A DNA stretch of 64,000 bases from Prorocentrum cordatum (Eukaryota). The notes beneath the pieces are model-generated. The model did no database searches. It was given only the letters and a program-made list of their open reading frames with translations, and was not told the origin of the DNA. The DNA lies in contig CAUYUJ010000270.1 in NCBI GenBank assembly GCA_963575745.1, forward strand, positions 1-64,000, written 5' to 3'. Both the position numbers and the translations under genes were made by a program. Below, one piece after another: positions 12,005 through 23,980 of this stretch; within the stretch, counting starts at the first letter, position 1, and every line of letters starts with the position of its first letter.

Positions 12005-12625
12005 GAGAGCCACCGCCAGCCATTGTCAACAGTTGTCGCAAGCAACGCCGCCGAAATCGCCGCCGAAATTGCCGCCGAAATTGCCGCCGAAATCGCCGCC
12101 GAAATCGCCGCCGAAATCGCCGCCGAAATTGCCGCCGAAATCGCCGCCGAAATCGCCACCGAAATCGCCGCCGAAATCGCCGCCGAAATGGCCGCCGAAA
12201 TCGCCGCCGAAATTGCCGCCGAAATTCCAGATTGCGCCGCCGAAAAGAGGCTGTACTTGACCCTGGCGTTGACGTTGCGCCTGTGCGTGCGGGGTTGCCA
12301 CGCTTACCAAAACAGCGATTTCCCTTGAGAGTGGACAATGGAAATTTCGGTGGAAGAATTTCGGCGGTGATTTCGGCGGCAATTTCAGCGGCTATTTCGG
12401 CGGACCTCGTGCAAATTTCGGCGGCGATTTCGGCGGCTATTTCGGCTGCGATTTCGGCGGCGATTTCGGCGGCGATTTCGGCGGCGATTTCGGCGGCTAT
12501 TTCGGCGGCAATTTCGGCGGCAATTTCGGCGGCAATTTCGGCGGCAATTTCGGCGGCGATTTCGGCGGCCACTTCGGAGATCTTGCTCTTGACAGCTGTC
12601 GGTCAATGTTGCGGGGAGCTCCCAT
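12005..12625. mobile_element. Foldback-type element: two inverted arrays of a 12-bp unit (GCCGCCGAAATC) around a ~100-bp spacer
   Basis: Array at 12046-12245 and its reverse complement at about 12340-12578. The outer flanks are also inverted: cattgtcaacagttgtcgcaagcaa versus revcomp cattgaccgacagctgtcaagagcaa. Confidence 0.7.
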
Positions 12626-13119
12626 CACTCCGCGGTGGTACGGGGTCGATGCGTCGGGCACGCCCGCGCGGGCCTTCAAGGTTGCACGGTCGCTAATGGG
12701 CTTGTCTCGCGGCCCAAGTAGCACGATAGACAACCCACGATGCGACATACATAGGAAAGTGAGGTCGACAACCATCGAGGACTTCCGAAAGCGGAAATCA
12801 TCGAAGATCGAACGGTTCACACGTTGTCAGAAATCAAGGCTCGGGCGTGAGTTTCCCAAAGGATGAGTGGGAGGGGAGAAGGCGGAAGGGAGGGAGTTAG
12901 GGACGGACTTGGTATGTAGAGGGCTGGGAAGGAGTGGATGGACGTTCTTGGGCCTCTCAGGGGCCTCTTTGATAAGCATACCGGGCCCTCTTAGGGCCAT
13001 CCTTGAGACATGGGGCGTGATACAGGGGGCTCCTTGGGGGGCTTCATGGTCCCCCCCGGGGGTCGCCTTGGGGCCTCCGAAATTCCCTTGGGGCCCTGTC
13101 GGGGGGCTCCCGAACACCC

Positions 13120-13700
13120 ATGAAACCCTTTTGGGGCCATGCTGGCGCCCTCCAGGGGCCCCCGCGGTAGAGCAGCTAAAACGGCCGTTTCAGATGCTCT
13201 ACCGCGGAGGGCTCTTGGGGCTCTCTCGGGCCCCCTCAAGGCTTGTGTTGGGGTCTCCGGGACTCTCCTGGAGCGCTCTAGTGGCGGCTCTTGGGGCCCC
13301 CTGGAACCCTTTTGGGGCCATCCTGGCGCCGTCCAAGGGCCCCCGCGGTAGATCATCTGGAACGGCAGTTTCAGATGCTCTACCGCGGGGGGGGAGGGGG
13401 CAGCATGGGCCCCCCATGGATTGTTTTGGAGTCTCCTTGACCTTTTTCGGAATCCCCTTGAAGCCCTCAGGGGCCGCCTTGGAGCTTTCTTGAGCAATGT
13501 GACCAACACTTGGAACGTCTGCCTGGGCTTATCGAGTTCATTGAATGCGATAAGACCCGAGGTTTCAACACCGCAGAGACTTTGCTGGAATATTATTGTG
13601 AAGTCTTCGGGGCCCTCTTTGAATTCAAAACTCCCGCTTGGGTCACAAGACATCCCAAGAAAGCTCCGAAGGGACCCGAAGGTCCAAGTCCTTCCCCCTA
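13120..13700. repeat. Second, diverged copy of the 4383-5300 hairpin-array repeat family
   Basis: Same hairpin at about 13162 and 13343 (~180-bp spacing) and a similar downstream segment (ttcttgagcaa...). Confidence 0.75.
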
Positions 13701-14735
13701 CATGGGGCTCCAAAGAGAAATCCAAGACGGCCCGGAAGAGGGCTCGAAAACGGCATCGGAAAAAGGGCCAGACGACCCAACAGCGCCACACTACGTCAAA
13801 GACAGCGCCAGGATGTTTCAAGAGGGCCTCAGGAGGCCCCCAGGGAAATCCAAAGGACCCGACCAGAGCCCCAAAGCAGCCCCAAGACGGCACAAGAGAG
13901 ACCTTCCCCTGTGTTCCCCACGTAGTTACCCTCACGGCCGCAGGAGCACGCAGTCCAGCAAAGCGACCATTCCTGGGGCCGCGCCTTCCCAGCGAGGGCG
14001 TGGACCCCGCCCTCAGCACCGAAAGCATCATCACCTCTTCTTCCTCACAGTCCTCCCTCCCGCCTTCCAATTTGTCGGCCTTGCCCCCGCCATGGCCCCA
14101 ACCGTCAAATCCACTACAAGGGCGAATAGGGCAGGGAGGAAGATGAGAGAAATGAAGAGGAGCAGGAGCGACGACCAAGGTGAGCAAGAAAGGGGGGAAG
14201 GAGGAGAGGCAGAGGAGAGCACCGCACGAAGCGCATGCCAAATCGCGAGCGGTGAGCGGCCCAATACTGAAGAATTCGCCTGTTCGGGTCGGTTTTGCGG
14301 GCCGGCTGCCCCCTCCGAGGGTCCACATCGAATCGCGCCCCCTCGGCCCCCGCGAGCGCCCACGGCACTGACCAAAGACAGCGGGGGCAAAACAATTCCA
14401 GGAGAAACGCCGGCGACCGAGGGACAGGATGCCAATCGCCCGCGCGGCGCTAGGCGGTAGAAAGGCCTCCCCCGTGGAGTCGGAATGTGGTGCCCCCCGA
14501 GACGAACAACCAGCAAAGCGAAGCCGTGTGTGTGGCCACGTCCGCAGAGCGGCCGCCTCTCTTAGATATGTAAGCGGACCGCTCTCGCCAAACCAACCTG
14601 ATCATTAGTGCACCGCTGCCGCCACAGCTGTCGCCAGAGGGACCCCTGTCGCTTCCACCGGCTGCCGCATGGGCGACGCGAGCGGCACTGAACCTGGAGA
14701 TTTTCTTTGCGGGCGCAGCGAAGAACGGCGATCAA

Positions 14736-17700
14736 TCATTCCTGGGTTCCACGAGGCCTCCAACGCCTCATCTCCAGAATCCTGGCACATGTATCGCTGT
14801 CGATGGGCACGCTCATGGCCCAATCAACCCACTCCGGGTCCTCGGTGTATGAGTCCAACTGCTCACGGGTATAAACATGTTCCAGATCGCTACCGGCCTC
14901 CAGCCAAAGTCGATACAAAAAATTGCCACGACGCACCCATCCTCTGGCGAGCTGAACAGCGGCATGCTCAGTATATCTAGTAAATTTGAAAGAGTACTTC
15001 CGTTGAAAGCCAAATCGGACGCACCACCTCTCCGCCAGCGCGCGGTTCAAGCAAGCCGCGCAATCTGTCGGCACCCCAAGGTTGGCTTCCGTCCAGGCGC
15101 CCCCAGGGATCTTCAAATAGAAGAACTCCTCGTCACCATCAGCCCCCTCGTAAAGATCCCTTTTCTCCTGGACGGCCTCCCACACGGCCTCGGCGTCGAC
15201 CTCAGCAGCATCGTCGCCAGCAGGCTCGTCGGCCTCGGCGGGGCCACCGCCGCGGGCGTTGGCGGGCCCCCGCCGGTGGCCATGTTGACGACGCCGTTCC
15301 TGGATCATGTCGGCCAACTCCTCCCTAGAGAGCCAGGGGAACTCTTCCGCGAGACGGTCGACAACGGCAACTGCGATGCGGGCATGCCTCGCCTCCTGTG
15401 GCGCCCTCTCTCGGAGCTGATTGGCCCAGGGTGCCACGTACTCGTCGAACTCCTGAAACTCCGAATGGACGACGAGGCGGCTGCCTTGCCAGACCACCTG
15501 CACGACGCCGAAACGAACGCCATCTCGGCATAGACAGGGGACGGCATGAGCTGCCACATAATTCATGTCGTGCCTGTAGGCAACGAAACCAAACTGCGAT
15601 CGGATGTCATCTACAGGCAAGACGCCTACGGCAGGGCAAGCGTCGTCCCGCGTTAGCTCTAATAACTGGACGCCGAGGGGTTGCTGGGAGCAGACAGTGA
15701 CATACCATATACAAACTGGGAGCTCCTCCAAACTCTCTGCGGCATCTGGAATGGGCACCAAGGCGGCGCCGACAAACCTGTCCCGACCGCCTGCGACCAC
15801 GGGCACCCACCACGGGAGCTGGGCGGGACGCCTAACGAAAGTCTTCGCCTTGTCCTCGATCGCCCGTTGCAACTCCGGGTCTGGCGCCACGGGGGCCCTG
15901 GCGGATCGTTCGCAGATGTCGTGCACGAGAGCTGATTTCGACCGCATGTCGTGGAAATTCGTGGTCATGCGTTCCAGCGCCTCTTCCGTGAACGTCATGG
16001 CCGAGAGCTTGTTCGGGTGGGAACTAGTGACGATGGCAGGGCCATCGCATGGGGGTTCCAAGTCCGCTTCTCGCCTCTTGCGGACCAGCTCGCCGAGATC
16101 GGCCTCCAATGTCGCCGCGAGCTGATCGCGCTCCTGCACCCGTCGATGTTTCTCTGCCTCTGCCGCGCGCCCAAACACGAGCTTTCTCCGCGACTGGCAA
16201 AGACGCGTATCGGGCGGAGTGCTCGGCGATGCATCTCTTGCGAACACGGAGAGCAGCCGGAGTTGAGGCGTCCATCCCCACGCATGCCTCGCGGATCAAC
16301 TCGCGGCAATACTCCTGAAAGACGGGGCCCCGACCGAAGAAATCGTCGGCAATTGGCAAATTCCGAGCCCGCTGACGCGAACGCGCCCCCGTCGCTACCC
16401 TACGTTTGCGGGGGGGGGGGGGGGGGGGGGGGGGGCAGGCAGGGTGGAAGGAGGCATCCTGGTCGGGGCGGAGGGTCGGACCAACCAGGCGGCACGGACG
16501 CGGGCGGAGCAGGGGGGAGAGGTCAGAGGCGGCCAACGAGCGGTTGGGCGGGCCGACGGAGCACTCCACGCAGGGCGGAGGCGAGGGCGAAGGCGCTTGG
16601 GGCGCGGGGAGGCATTCATTTCAAGAGGCAGAGGCCGAGGCAAGCATGCAAACCGAAGGCGGGCAAAGCCTCGGCTACGGGGAGGCAGGCAAATACAAAG
16701 GCGCGGGAGGGCGAGGGCACGGGATGTCGCTCCCAGGGACTGGCCCTGTTTGCGACTTCTTACTAACGATCTGTTCGGCGGGGCCCCAGTCCTGCAGTCC
16801 GGAATACAACGTGGGCCTCCCTCGCAACGCCTCGATGCGAGCCCTGAGAGCCATCTCTTTGGCTAGTCCTCTTGGCTGGGCAAAACACGGGGCAGCCTGA
16901 GCCAACAAAGCCCGGTGGCCCAGCACGCTGGCGCCAATTCGATTGTGATATTGTTTCACAATCGCGCCTGCGCCATGAGCCTTCTCGACTAAGCACGTCG
17001 TGCAAGGGGACTCGCGCAACAGCGCCAGGGAGCGGGCCACGACCGCCACGGGGAGAAGTCCCGAATCCAAGCATCGGCGGATTTTCAAGCTACTCGTGTC
17101 CAGGTCCGCTGCGGGGGCGGCACCCAATGCGTCCAACTGCGCGCGGATGTTGCCCTGGGTCAGACACAACGGGAATTGCTCGAGATGGCAAAACGCATGT
17201 TTCCACAAGTAACCGTTCATGTTGTGCACTGCCTGCAAGGTGAGGCCCCGCAAGGTGGGGCCAGATTCGCCTGCGAGCTGGCCAAGGGCGCTCCACGTAT
17301 CGAGGTGCAAAGATTCAACCCATGTGGTTTTATCTCTGCATAAACGCTTGAGTTCAGCGCCGCGCTTGAGGAATCTGTCGTCCTGCATGACTTCCAAGTT
17401 GAATGCCTCACAAGGTTGCGCGGCCACAGCGGCCACGACGAGATATCGCAGATGGGGCCTGCCAATATTGGAGAAACCGCCCAAATGATATGTGCACAAG
17501 CCATCCCGCTTGTACACTAAATCAACCAAAACGGGCAAGCCAACGCACATCGATCCGAGAAACAGCCGGCATGACGGCCCAACGCCAGCCCACCTCGTCT
17601 CCGAAAAAGATTTCCACCGGAGGAAGTACATGATGGTTGACGCCAAAATGCCGCGCCAGTCCCGGTGGCCCCCCAATCTCTGCGAAACACGAAGGATGGA

Positions 17701-18585
17701 AGCTTGTTGGTCGAATCGTGGATCTACTAGCATGACATCCTCCATCAGTGTCTCCGGCACCCCCATCACCTCCCAGAACTCCTGGCGACGAGCCAACTGT
17801 TCGGGAGGGTCTTCGAACACCACGTGGGCAGAACACACAAACTGGAAGACAACTTGGAAAAGCTCGTTGGATGTATCACGGCAAGATTTAATGCCGATGT
17901 GGATGTCATCCAGGAGTTGTTTTGTGCTGACCTCCGACATCCCCCACGATATCGCGCTGCTTGCAACGTGCGCGATGCACCTCATGCCAAAGAACCAATC
18001 GCTTAATCGTAAAGGATGGTGTGGATCAGTTGACACGGAGGGGTCGTCCAGGGCGTCATAGAACAAGTCGCAGCGCGCCTCCATCCTGCGAGACATGCCA
18101 GCGAAGTGCAGGCCGTCTTGAAGAACAAACGTGATAACAACACCGTCGTGGACGTGTTGGCGGAGTGTCTCCTCGTGGTCTACAGCTGCCTGGAGCATGT
18201 GCCATCCGGTTTTGCCCTGCCCGAGCCCTCTCGGGGCCTCGAACCGCATGGCTGATCGAATCTCCCCGCTGGGAGAGATGGTCTTTACGATGCTTTTTTC
18301 GAGGAGGAACTCGGCGCGTACGCGCCCAGTTCGCCTCAGAACGTGCTCACCCAACAACGCTGTTTTCGAGTCTGATATCTTGCACCCCCATCCGTCCGAC
18401 ATGTACGTCATAAGGACGGGCCACTTGGACATGCGAGCTACCTGGAATAGTCGATGCACCTGTTCCTCGGTCTCCTGTTTGAGCACGCTGCACGCTACCC
18501 AGGCGTCGCGTCGGTCGCTCTTGCAGTGCATAGCGGACGGCCTCGCGAGACGCCTGACGACATCAGAGATGCACTCTGGCTCCAT
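14736..18585 (-). pseudogene. Divergent hAT-like DDE transposase (~1120 aa) with C-terminal HMG-like and AP2-like segments; one intron, one +1 frameshift
   Basis: hAT-ordered motifs: YMSDGW (D-x-W), VLQDG, CIAH (CxxH), SETRW, TTCLVEKAHG (position of the catalytic E). Exon 1 is 18585-16792 and exon 2 is 16314-14736. There is an extra A at about 16183-16185 (GAGAAAGCTC versus in-frame GAGAAGCTC). Confidence 0.7.
16315..16791 (-). mobile_element. Introner-like intron (GA..AG, 477 bp) with terminal inverted repeats, inside the transposase
   Basis: 5' GACTGGGGCCCCGCCGAACAGATCGT versus revcomp of the 3' end GACGGGGCCCCGACCGAAGAAATCGT. CAGGA is duplicated at both junctions. Removal gives YSGLQ|EYCREL in frame. 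Confidence 0.75.
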
Positions 18586-21559
18586 CAGCGTTGGTCCGAA
18601 GAGACAAACAACAGACAAGAGAGAGAACAAAAGAGGAGGATGCGGGCGCCCTCGAGCCGAAAGGGCAACGGAAAGAAGATGGCGAGAATGACGCTGATAC
18701 CAATACGAACCCTGGCATTAGGAAACGAACGCAATTAGATCAGGAATGCTTATGGGAGCTCAGCTGACCCCTCGTTTATCGAAATGGGGCGAGGCGGGCT
18801 TGGGCGCCCTGGGGACAGCCAGCGGGGCGCGACCTCGGCTTCACGACACTCCCTGGTACCTGCGAGGCTGCGCGGTTGCGTGCCCCCCAACCCTCAACTC
18901 CCGAGCACCAAACAAAAAGCACCGCGAACGCAACATCGAAGAGACTCGGACGCCTGAGGGGTCCTGGAGTGGCTAGACGCTCAGCATCCAAAGTACATCG
19001 ATGCGGAGACGCCAGCAGCAGCCCGAAACCACAGCTCTTCGTTGGGCTTACGCGTTCGCACTGGGATGATGCTGGGGGTGGGGGTGGGGTAAAAACAATA
19101 GCAGCAGCAACCACCGCAGAAGCAGCCAGGGGACTCGGGACGCCTGGACCAGGAAGGGTCGGACCAAGAGAAACCACGCGGGAAGGAGACGCGAGGGGGC
19201 AAGAGCGCAGAGAGCCTGCTGAGCTCGAGTAGGAGAGAGAAGAGGAGGAACAGCAGCAAGGGCAATGGCAGCGCACGCAACACTACATAGCGAGCCCGGC
19301 GACCCTCGCCACATGAAGGCTCCGCTGCACTTTTCTCGGGGGCCAGAGGCCCGCCCGTCGACGAGGGTCCCCCTCCAAGGAGGGGCAAGGGAGAGTGCCG
19401 CCGCGGGCGAGCAAGGGCTGACGACATCCTGAATTCGTCCATGTATCGCCCCCCCCCGCCTCATTCCTCGACTTTTCCCGCCCTCCTCGGTTCATGGCTG
19501 CTGAAAAAAATCGTTCGGAGCGGGGTGTCCTGTCAAATTCGCGCCGCGCTCTGGTTGTTTGGGTTTCTCGTGTTCTTGATAAGTCATGGGTTTTCGAAAC
19601 ATCCCTCGGAATGACCCCCATGGGCAGCTACCTCGGAGTGCCGTGTATCCGATTTGGGGGGCAAACGCAAGTTTTTGTTTTCCGCATCTCGGTCTGAATG
19701 CACTGTGGGCCCTTGATGCGTGCTTTGGGCGTTGTCGCATCATGCGGCCTGCCCTGGAGGGGGCCCCCCGTCCTCTGCGCCTCCGCTGCCTCCTTGCCCC
19801 TCCCTCTTCCAGTCGTTTTCGCCCACCCCTTTCAGCACCCCCCAACGCCATTCCTGCTCCCCCATGGACCCCCGTGCCCCGACCCCTTGGACCGAACGCC
19901 TGCCTGGCCCCCCGCCCGCCCCACGCAGCGAGAACATTGAGGAGAGGAGGAGCTAGAAGGGTTGCAGGGCGAATAGAACGAGCAATGGACGAAAACAACG
20001 AGGAGGAGGAGGAGGATCATATTTTCCATTGAGGAACCCAGCGCTGCGCATGCTCTCTGACAAGCACAACGCCGCCCATGACCTTCCCCGCGCATGAGCA
20101 GAAACTCTCTGTTCACTTTCGCCTTTGGGACGGCCATGCGGCGGTGCCGACGGGCGCGGGCGAGCCATCGCAGAGGAACGCCGAATCAAACTCCAGCGCG
20201 CTCGCTGGGCCCCGCTCCCCGTCGGTGTTCCAGCCGGAGCGCGCCCGCCGCGGCAGGGCGCAAGGTTCTGCCGCGCGAGCGGGGTGATGCGCCAAAACCT
20301 TGACATCGGCGCGCCAGCGCCAGCTCCCCGCGCAAACGCCAGCCGAGACCCCGCAGCACGACGACAACCCACCCCCTACAGCAGGGCCATAACCCTGCCG
20401 ACACAGAACGAACGGCGCCTCTATCCCCCACGCGCGAACGCTTGCAAGCGCGCGCAAGCTCGATACTGATCAGGGCGCTGACCCAGCCCATGCGCAAGTT
20501 GATGAAACAGTGCCCGCATCAAGGTGTCGGCCTAGGGCTGACACCTGGGCGCCGCCCCTGCTCCTACGGCAAGGCAACGATTCAACAACGCATGCCAAAG
20601 CGGCGACCCCGACCTTGCAACCCGGCGCTTGCAGTCCCCGCAACGGGGTGTCAGCCCAAACGCTGCGCCGAGGCGCCGAAACAATCCGCACGGCGGCGCG
20701 CGACGCCCATCCCCAATCACCAGAGCGCCACCCGAAGCACTGCAGAAAAACACCAGCCTGGCCCGCGCAGCAAAAAGCCAACGCAATCAAATTCGCACGC
20801 CGCGTGGACCTCGCCCACAAGCACATGCGAACAAGCTCGCGGAACGGGCCACTTGCGCGTGATAGCATGCGTAATGTGAGAAGTGAGCGGCGCGTACTCT
20901 GTGAAGTTAAATGCACTCTAGCATGTACTAGCCAAACCACCGCACGGCAATGCGCGCCTGCACAACGAAGTAAGCAAACAAAAACTGAAAAACAACGCAA
21001 TTTCGTTTGGAATGGATTTCGGCGCGCTCCCCTTTTCGTCTCCAAAGGAAAGGCCACTATGAAAACGGCAGTTGTGCAGTGGGAGGAGGAGGAAAAGTAG
21101 GCAGGAGAGGTCCGCCTCACCTCCCTCCTCTTCCTCCTCCCCCTTCGTCGTCCGCCTCCTCCTGCTCTTCCTGCTGATGCTCTTCCTCTTCCTCGTTCAA
21201 CAAGCTGCGGCTCTCTATCCGCTTCGCACCGAACGTTTTCGAAGCATGATTTTTTGCCCCCGGGTTTCTTTCAATCTCTTTCGTCAAGAGCTCTGGGTTA
21301 GTTGGATTTGGAGACAACGGAATTCGCCACCCAGCCCGACCGCTGGAATGGCCGAGACAACAAACCCCGCGCGCAGCGTTCCACCAATGAGGGGGGAGCA
21401 AACGCGTAAGGTTTCGGTGGGGATCGCTCGAAGCAAAATATATGTTTCCATACGCGGTCCTGCAATCCCGACCCTTTCCGCGGGACCAGCTTGTCACTCT
21501 GAGTCGTCTTGTTGACGGTCCCGGGGCCGACCTGATACCTTTTGCCCCACGCCAGCAGG

Positions 21560-23851
21560 TCTGGGGCTGATGCCCTCCGAGCACCCACTGGCAGTCGGGC
21601 GCCAGCCCGGCCACGCGCAGCGGCTCCAGCGAGAGGCCCTGCGCCCGCGCGGCCTCGAGGGGCACCAGCGCGCGCGCCTCCTCGGCCCTCTCGCGCGAGC
21701 AAACGGGCCCGTGGACGCCGAGGCCGTTGCGGAGACGGGAGGCATCGAAGCCCTGGAGCTCGAGCTCCGCGACCCGCACGAGCGAGCCGGCCTGCAGGCG
21801 CTGGACCCTGCGCCTGTGGACCTCGGAGTGCCGGACGTGCCGATCGACCTCGTTCGTGAGGATGCTCCTGCGCAGAAGGCGTCTGTACGCCACAGGCTCT
21901 GGCCAGGGCCACGCTGGGCCCTTGCATGGTGCATGCCCCTCCTGGCCGAGCCCGGAGGGTCTGTCTATACACAATCGTGGGGCCCAGGATGGCCCTCGCC
22001 AGGCATGGCGGCGGTGTATAGATGCCGTCTGCGGAGCTCCAGCTCTTGCTGCACAAAGAACAGACGAAATCGCGGGCGCGCACCTGAATGAATTCGTCGC
22101 CCGGCTCGGACAGCGCCACTATGCGACGGATCGTCTCCAATGGCAGCCGCGGCAGCACGCCCGCGGGGCCAGGCCGACTGCGGACCCGCATATATCCCAG
22201 CACCATTACCACCGCATACCTCCGCTCGAAGTAAGGGTTGATGTGATCGCAGCCCGCGCATACCCGCGGCAGCGCCTTCGACCTCTCCGCTTGCGATTGA
22301 GAGAACGCCTCCCTGGGCTTCGGCAGCCCGCAACGCACGCAGAGCAGCGTCTCCGCGGTGCAGACCCGGCATCGGCGCTGCCCACGTGGGCGCATCATCT
22401 GGCTCTTAGCGAACCCGCTCAGCGGCAGCTCCGACCCGCAGCCGCTGCACGGCTGCGCCACGCAATCGTTGCACCGCCGCACCAAGTGGGCGGCAGCCGT
22501 GTCCTCCGCAACGCTGACCGTCGCGGACTTGCGGAACTGGTACCGACCGAACATGTTGAGCGGCAGCGTGCGCCCGCAGGCGCCGCAGAGGTACGTCCTC
22601 GTGCCACCGAAGTCCCGGCTGCCCGCCGCCCCAAGCCGCGCCCCGCAGCCCCGCACCGTGTCGTCGTCGGCCCCGTCGCGCCCTGAAATGGCAGGGAGAG
22701 CTCTATGAACTGCGCCTGTTCCCCTCCCCCCCCGGCCCTGCCGGCTGCAGCTAGACGCGCGATGTGCGGTTAAATTTGCGCCCTCGAGCTCCGGGAAAAT
22801 GAGAGGAGTTCTGGAGGGACGGAGGGAGAGGGCAGGGGGGAGGAGCGCACGCTTGTCCTCAAGCCCTCGAATCGCGCACCTCCCCTACCCCTCAAGAAAG
22901 TACGGTGCACAGAATTTCCTGGTGCCGGCCTAGGCTGCCGTCGCCGCCCTGAGGCAACGGCGCCGCGCCAGCGGAGGTGACGGGCGGCGGCGCGAACCCC
23001 TGGGCCTGGCCGCCAACTGCGGCGCGGGCACTGGCTCTGGCTGGCCCCGCGGGGGCAGGGGGCTCCACGACAGAGGGCGCCGTCGTCCCTGTGGACTGGT
23101 CCAAGAAGCCGTACAGGTGCACCAGGGGGCAGCTGCAGAAGCCAGCCCGCCCTGCTTGGGCGCACAGCGTCTTGGAGCAGCCCCCGTCCTGCATCAGGCA
23201 CCACCGCAGCGAGCCCGCCGCGGCCTCCTCCAGCAGCTCCTCCGGCCGCGCGATGCCGCAATTGCCCAGGCGCAGGTACACCGGCGCGTGGCGCCGCTGC
23301 CGCCGGACCCACATCGGGTACTGGGGCAGGCCCACGAAGCTGAGCAACAGACCAATCACCGCCTCCCGCTCGCGGAAGGCGTTGTTGGTCAGGTGCACCT
23401 CGCGCAACTGCCCCGGGTACGACCTCGCGAAACCAGCCAGCGCAACCAGCGCCGCATCCGTGAGCAGGTTGAAGTGTGCCTTCAGCACCAGTGGACAATC
23501 CAGACCCAGCTTGGACCAGGCCCTCAGGATGGAGCGAAACCCTGCGTCCGATACGGCGTTGTGCGAGAGGTCAACGTCCGCCTGGCGGATCGAATAGCCG
23601 CTGGCTATGTGGGCGCGAACGCGCCGGGAACACGCTGCGGACCACTGGCGCGCCGCCGCGTCGTCGAGGCCACAGCCAGCCAGCCGTGCCACGAGGTGCC
23701 CGGTCGCCGCATGGATCGTGGTACGGCGCTCTGCCTCATCCAAGGCTGCACGCGGATCTGCCTCCCGATCCTCGGCGTCGCGGTCGCGGTCGCCGTGACG
23801 GCAGTCGGCGCCGCCTGCTGGGGTCACGGCCTCGGCCCCAGCGGCCGCCAT
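21560..23851 (-). CDS. LRR (RNI-like) + three Stc1-like Cys4 zinc fingers + matrin-like C2H2 protein; at least 3 exons (23851-22948, 22682-22040, 21867 onward); 3' end uncertain
   Basis: LRR-like: VDLSHNAVSDAG, LKAHFNLLTD, EVHLTNNAF, LRLGNCGI. Three CxxC..P...F...Q..CxxC repeats. FVCSLCSKSW|SILTNEVDRHVRHSEVH. Introns are GC..AG and GA..AG; the first donor is one of several possible sites. Confidence 0.75.
21868..22039 (-). mobile_element. Introner-like intron (GA..AG, 172 bp) with terminal inverted repeats
   Basis: After GAG, the 5' sequence CTCCGCAGACGGCATCTATACACC matches the revcomp 3' end CTGCGCAGAAGGCGTCTGTACGCC. GGAGC is duplicated at the junctions. Confidence 0.75.
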
Positions 23852-23980
23852 CTGGCTCGGAAGCCTGCCGCTGCAGCTGCTGGGGCCCACTGCAAGGGAC
23901 GGCCCCGCTCGAGCCTAGATCGGGGGGCACCTCGGGCCCCGTAGGACCCGCCGTCTGTACGATTACAACCAGATGTCTTC

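Noticed and set aside
11714..12696. ORFs encoding (AAEI)n / (SPPK)n / (RRRN)n
   Set aside because: Translation artefacts of a stop-free 12-bp inverted array.
14200..19700. Terminal inverted repeats and 8-bp TSD for the hAT-like element
   Set aside because: Searched by eye on both flanks; only matches of about 7 bp or less were found, so the element boundaries are not called.
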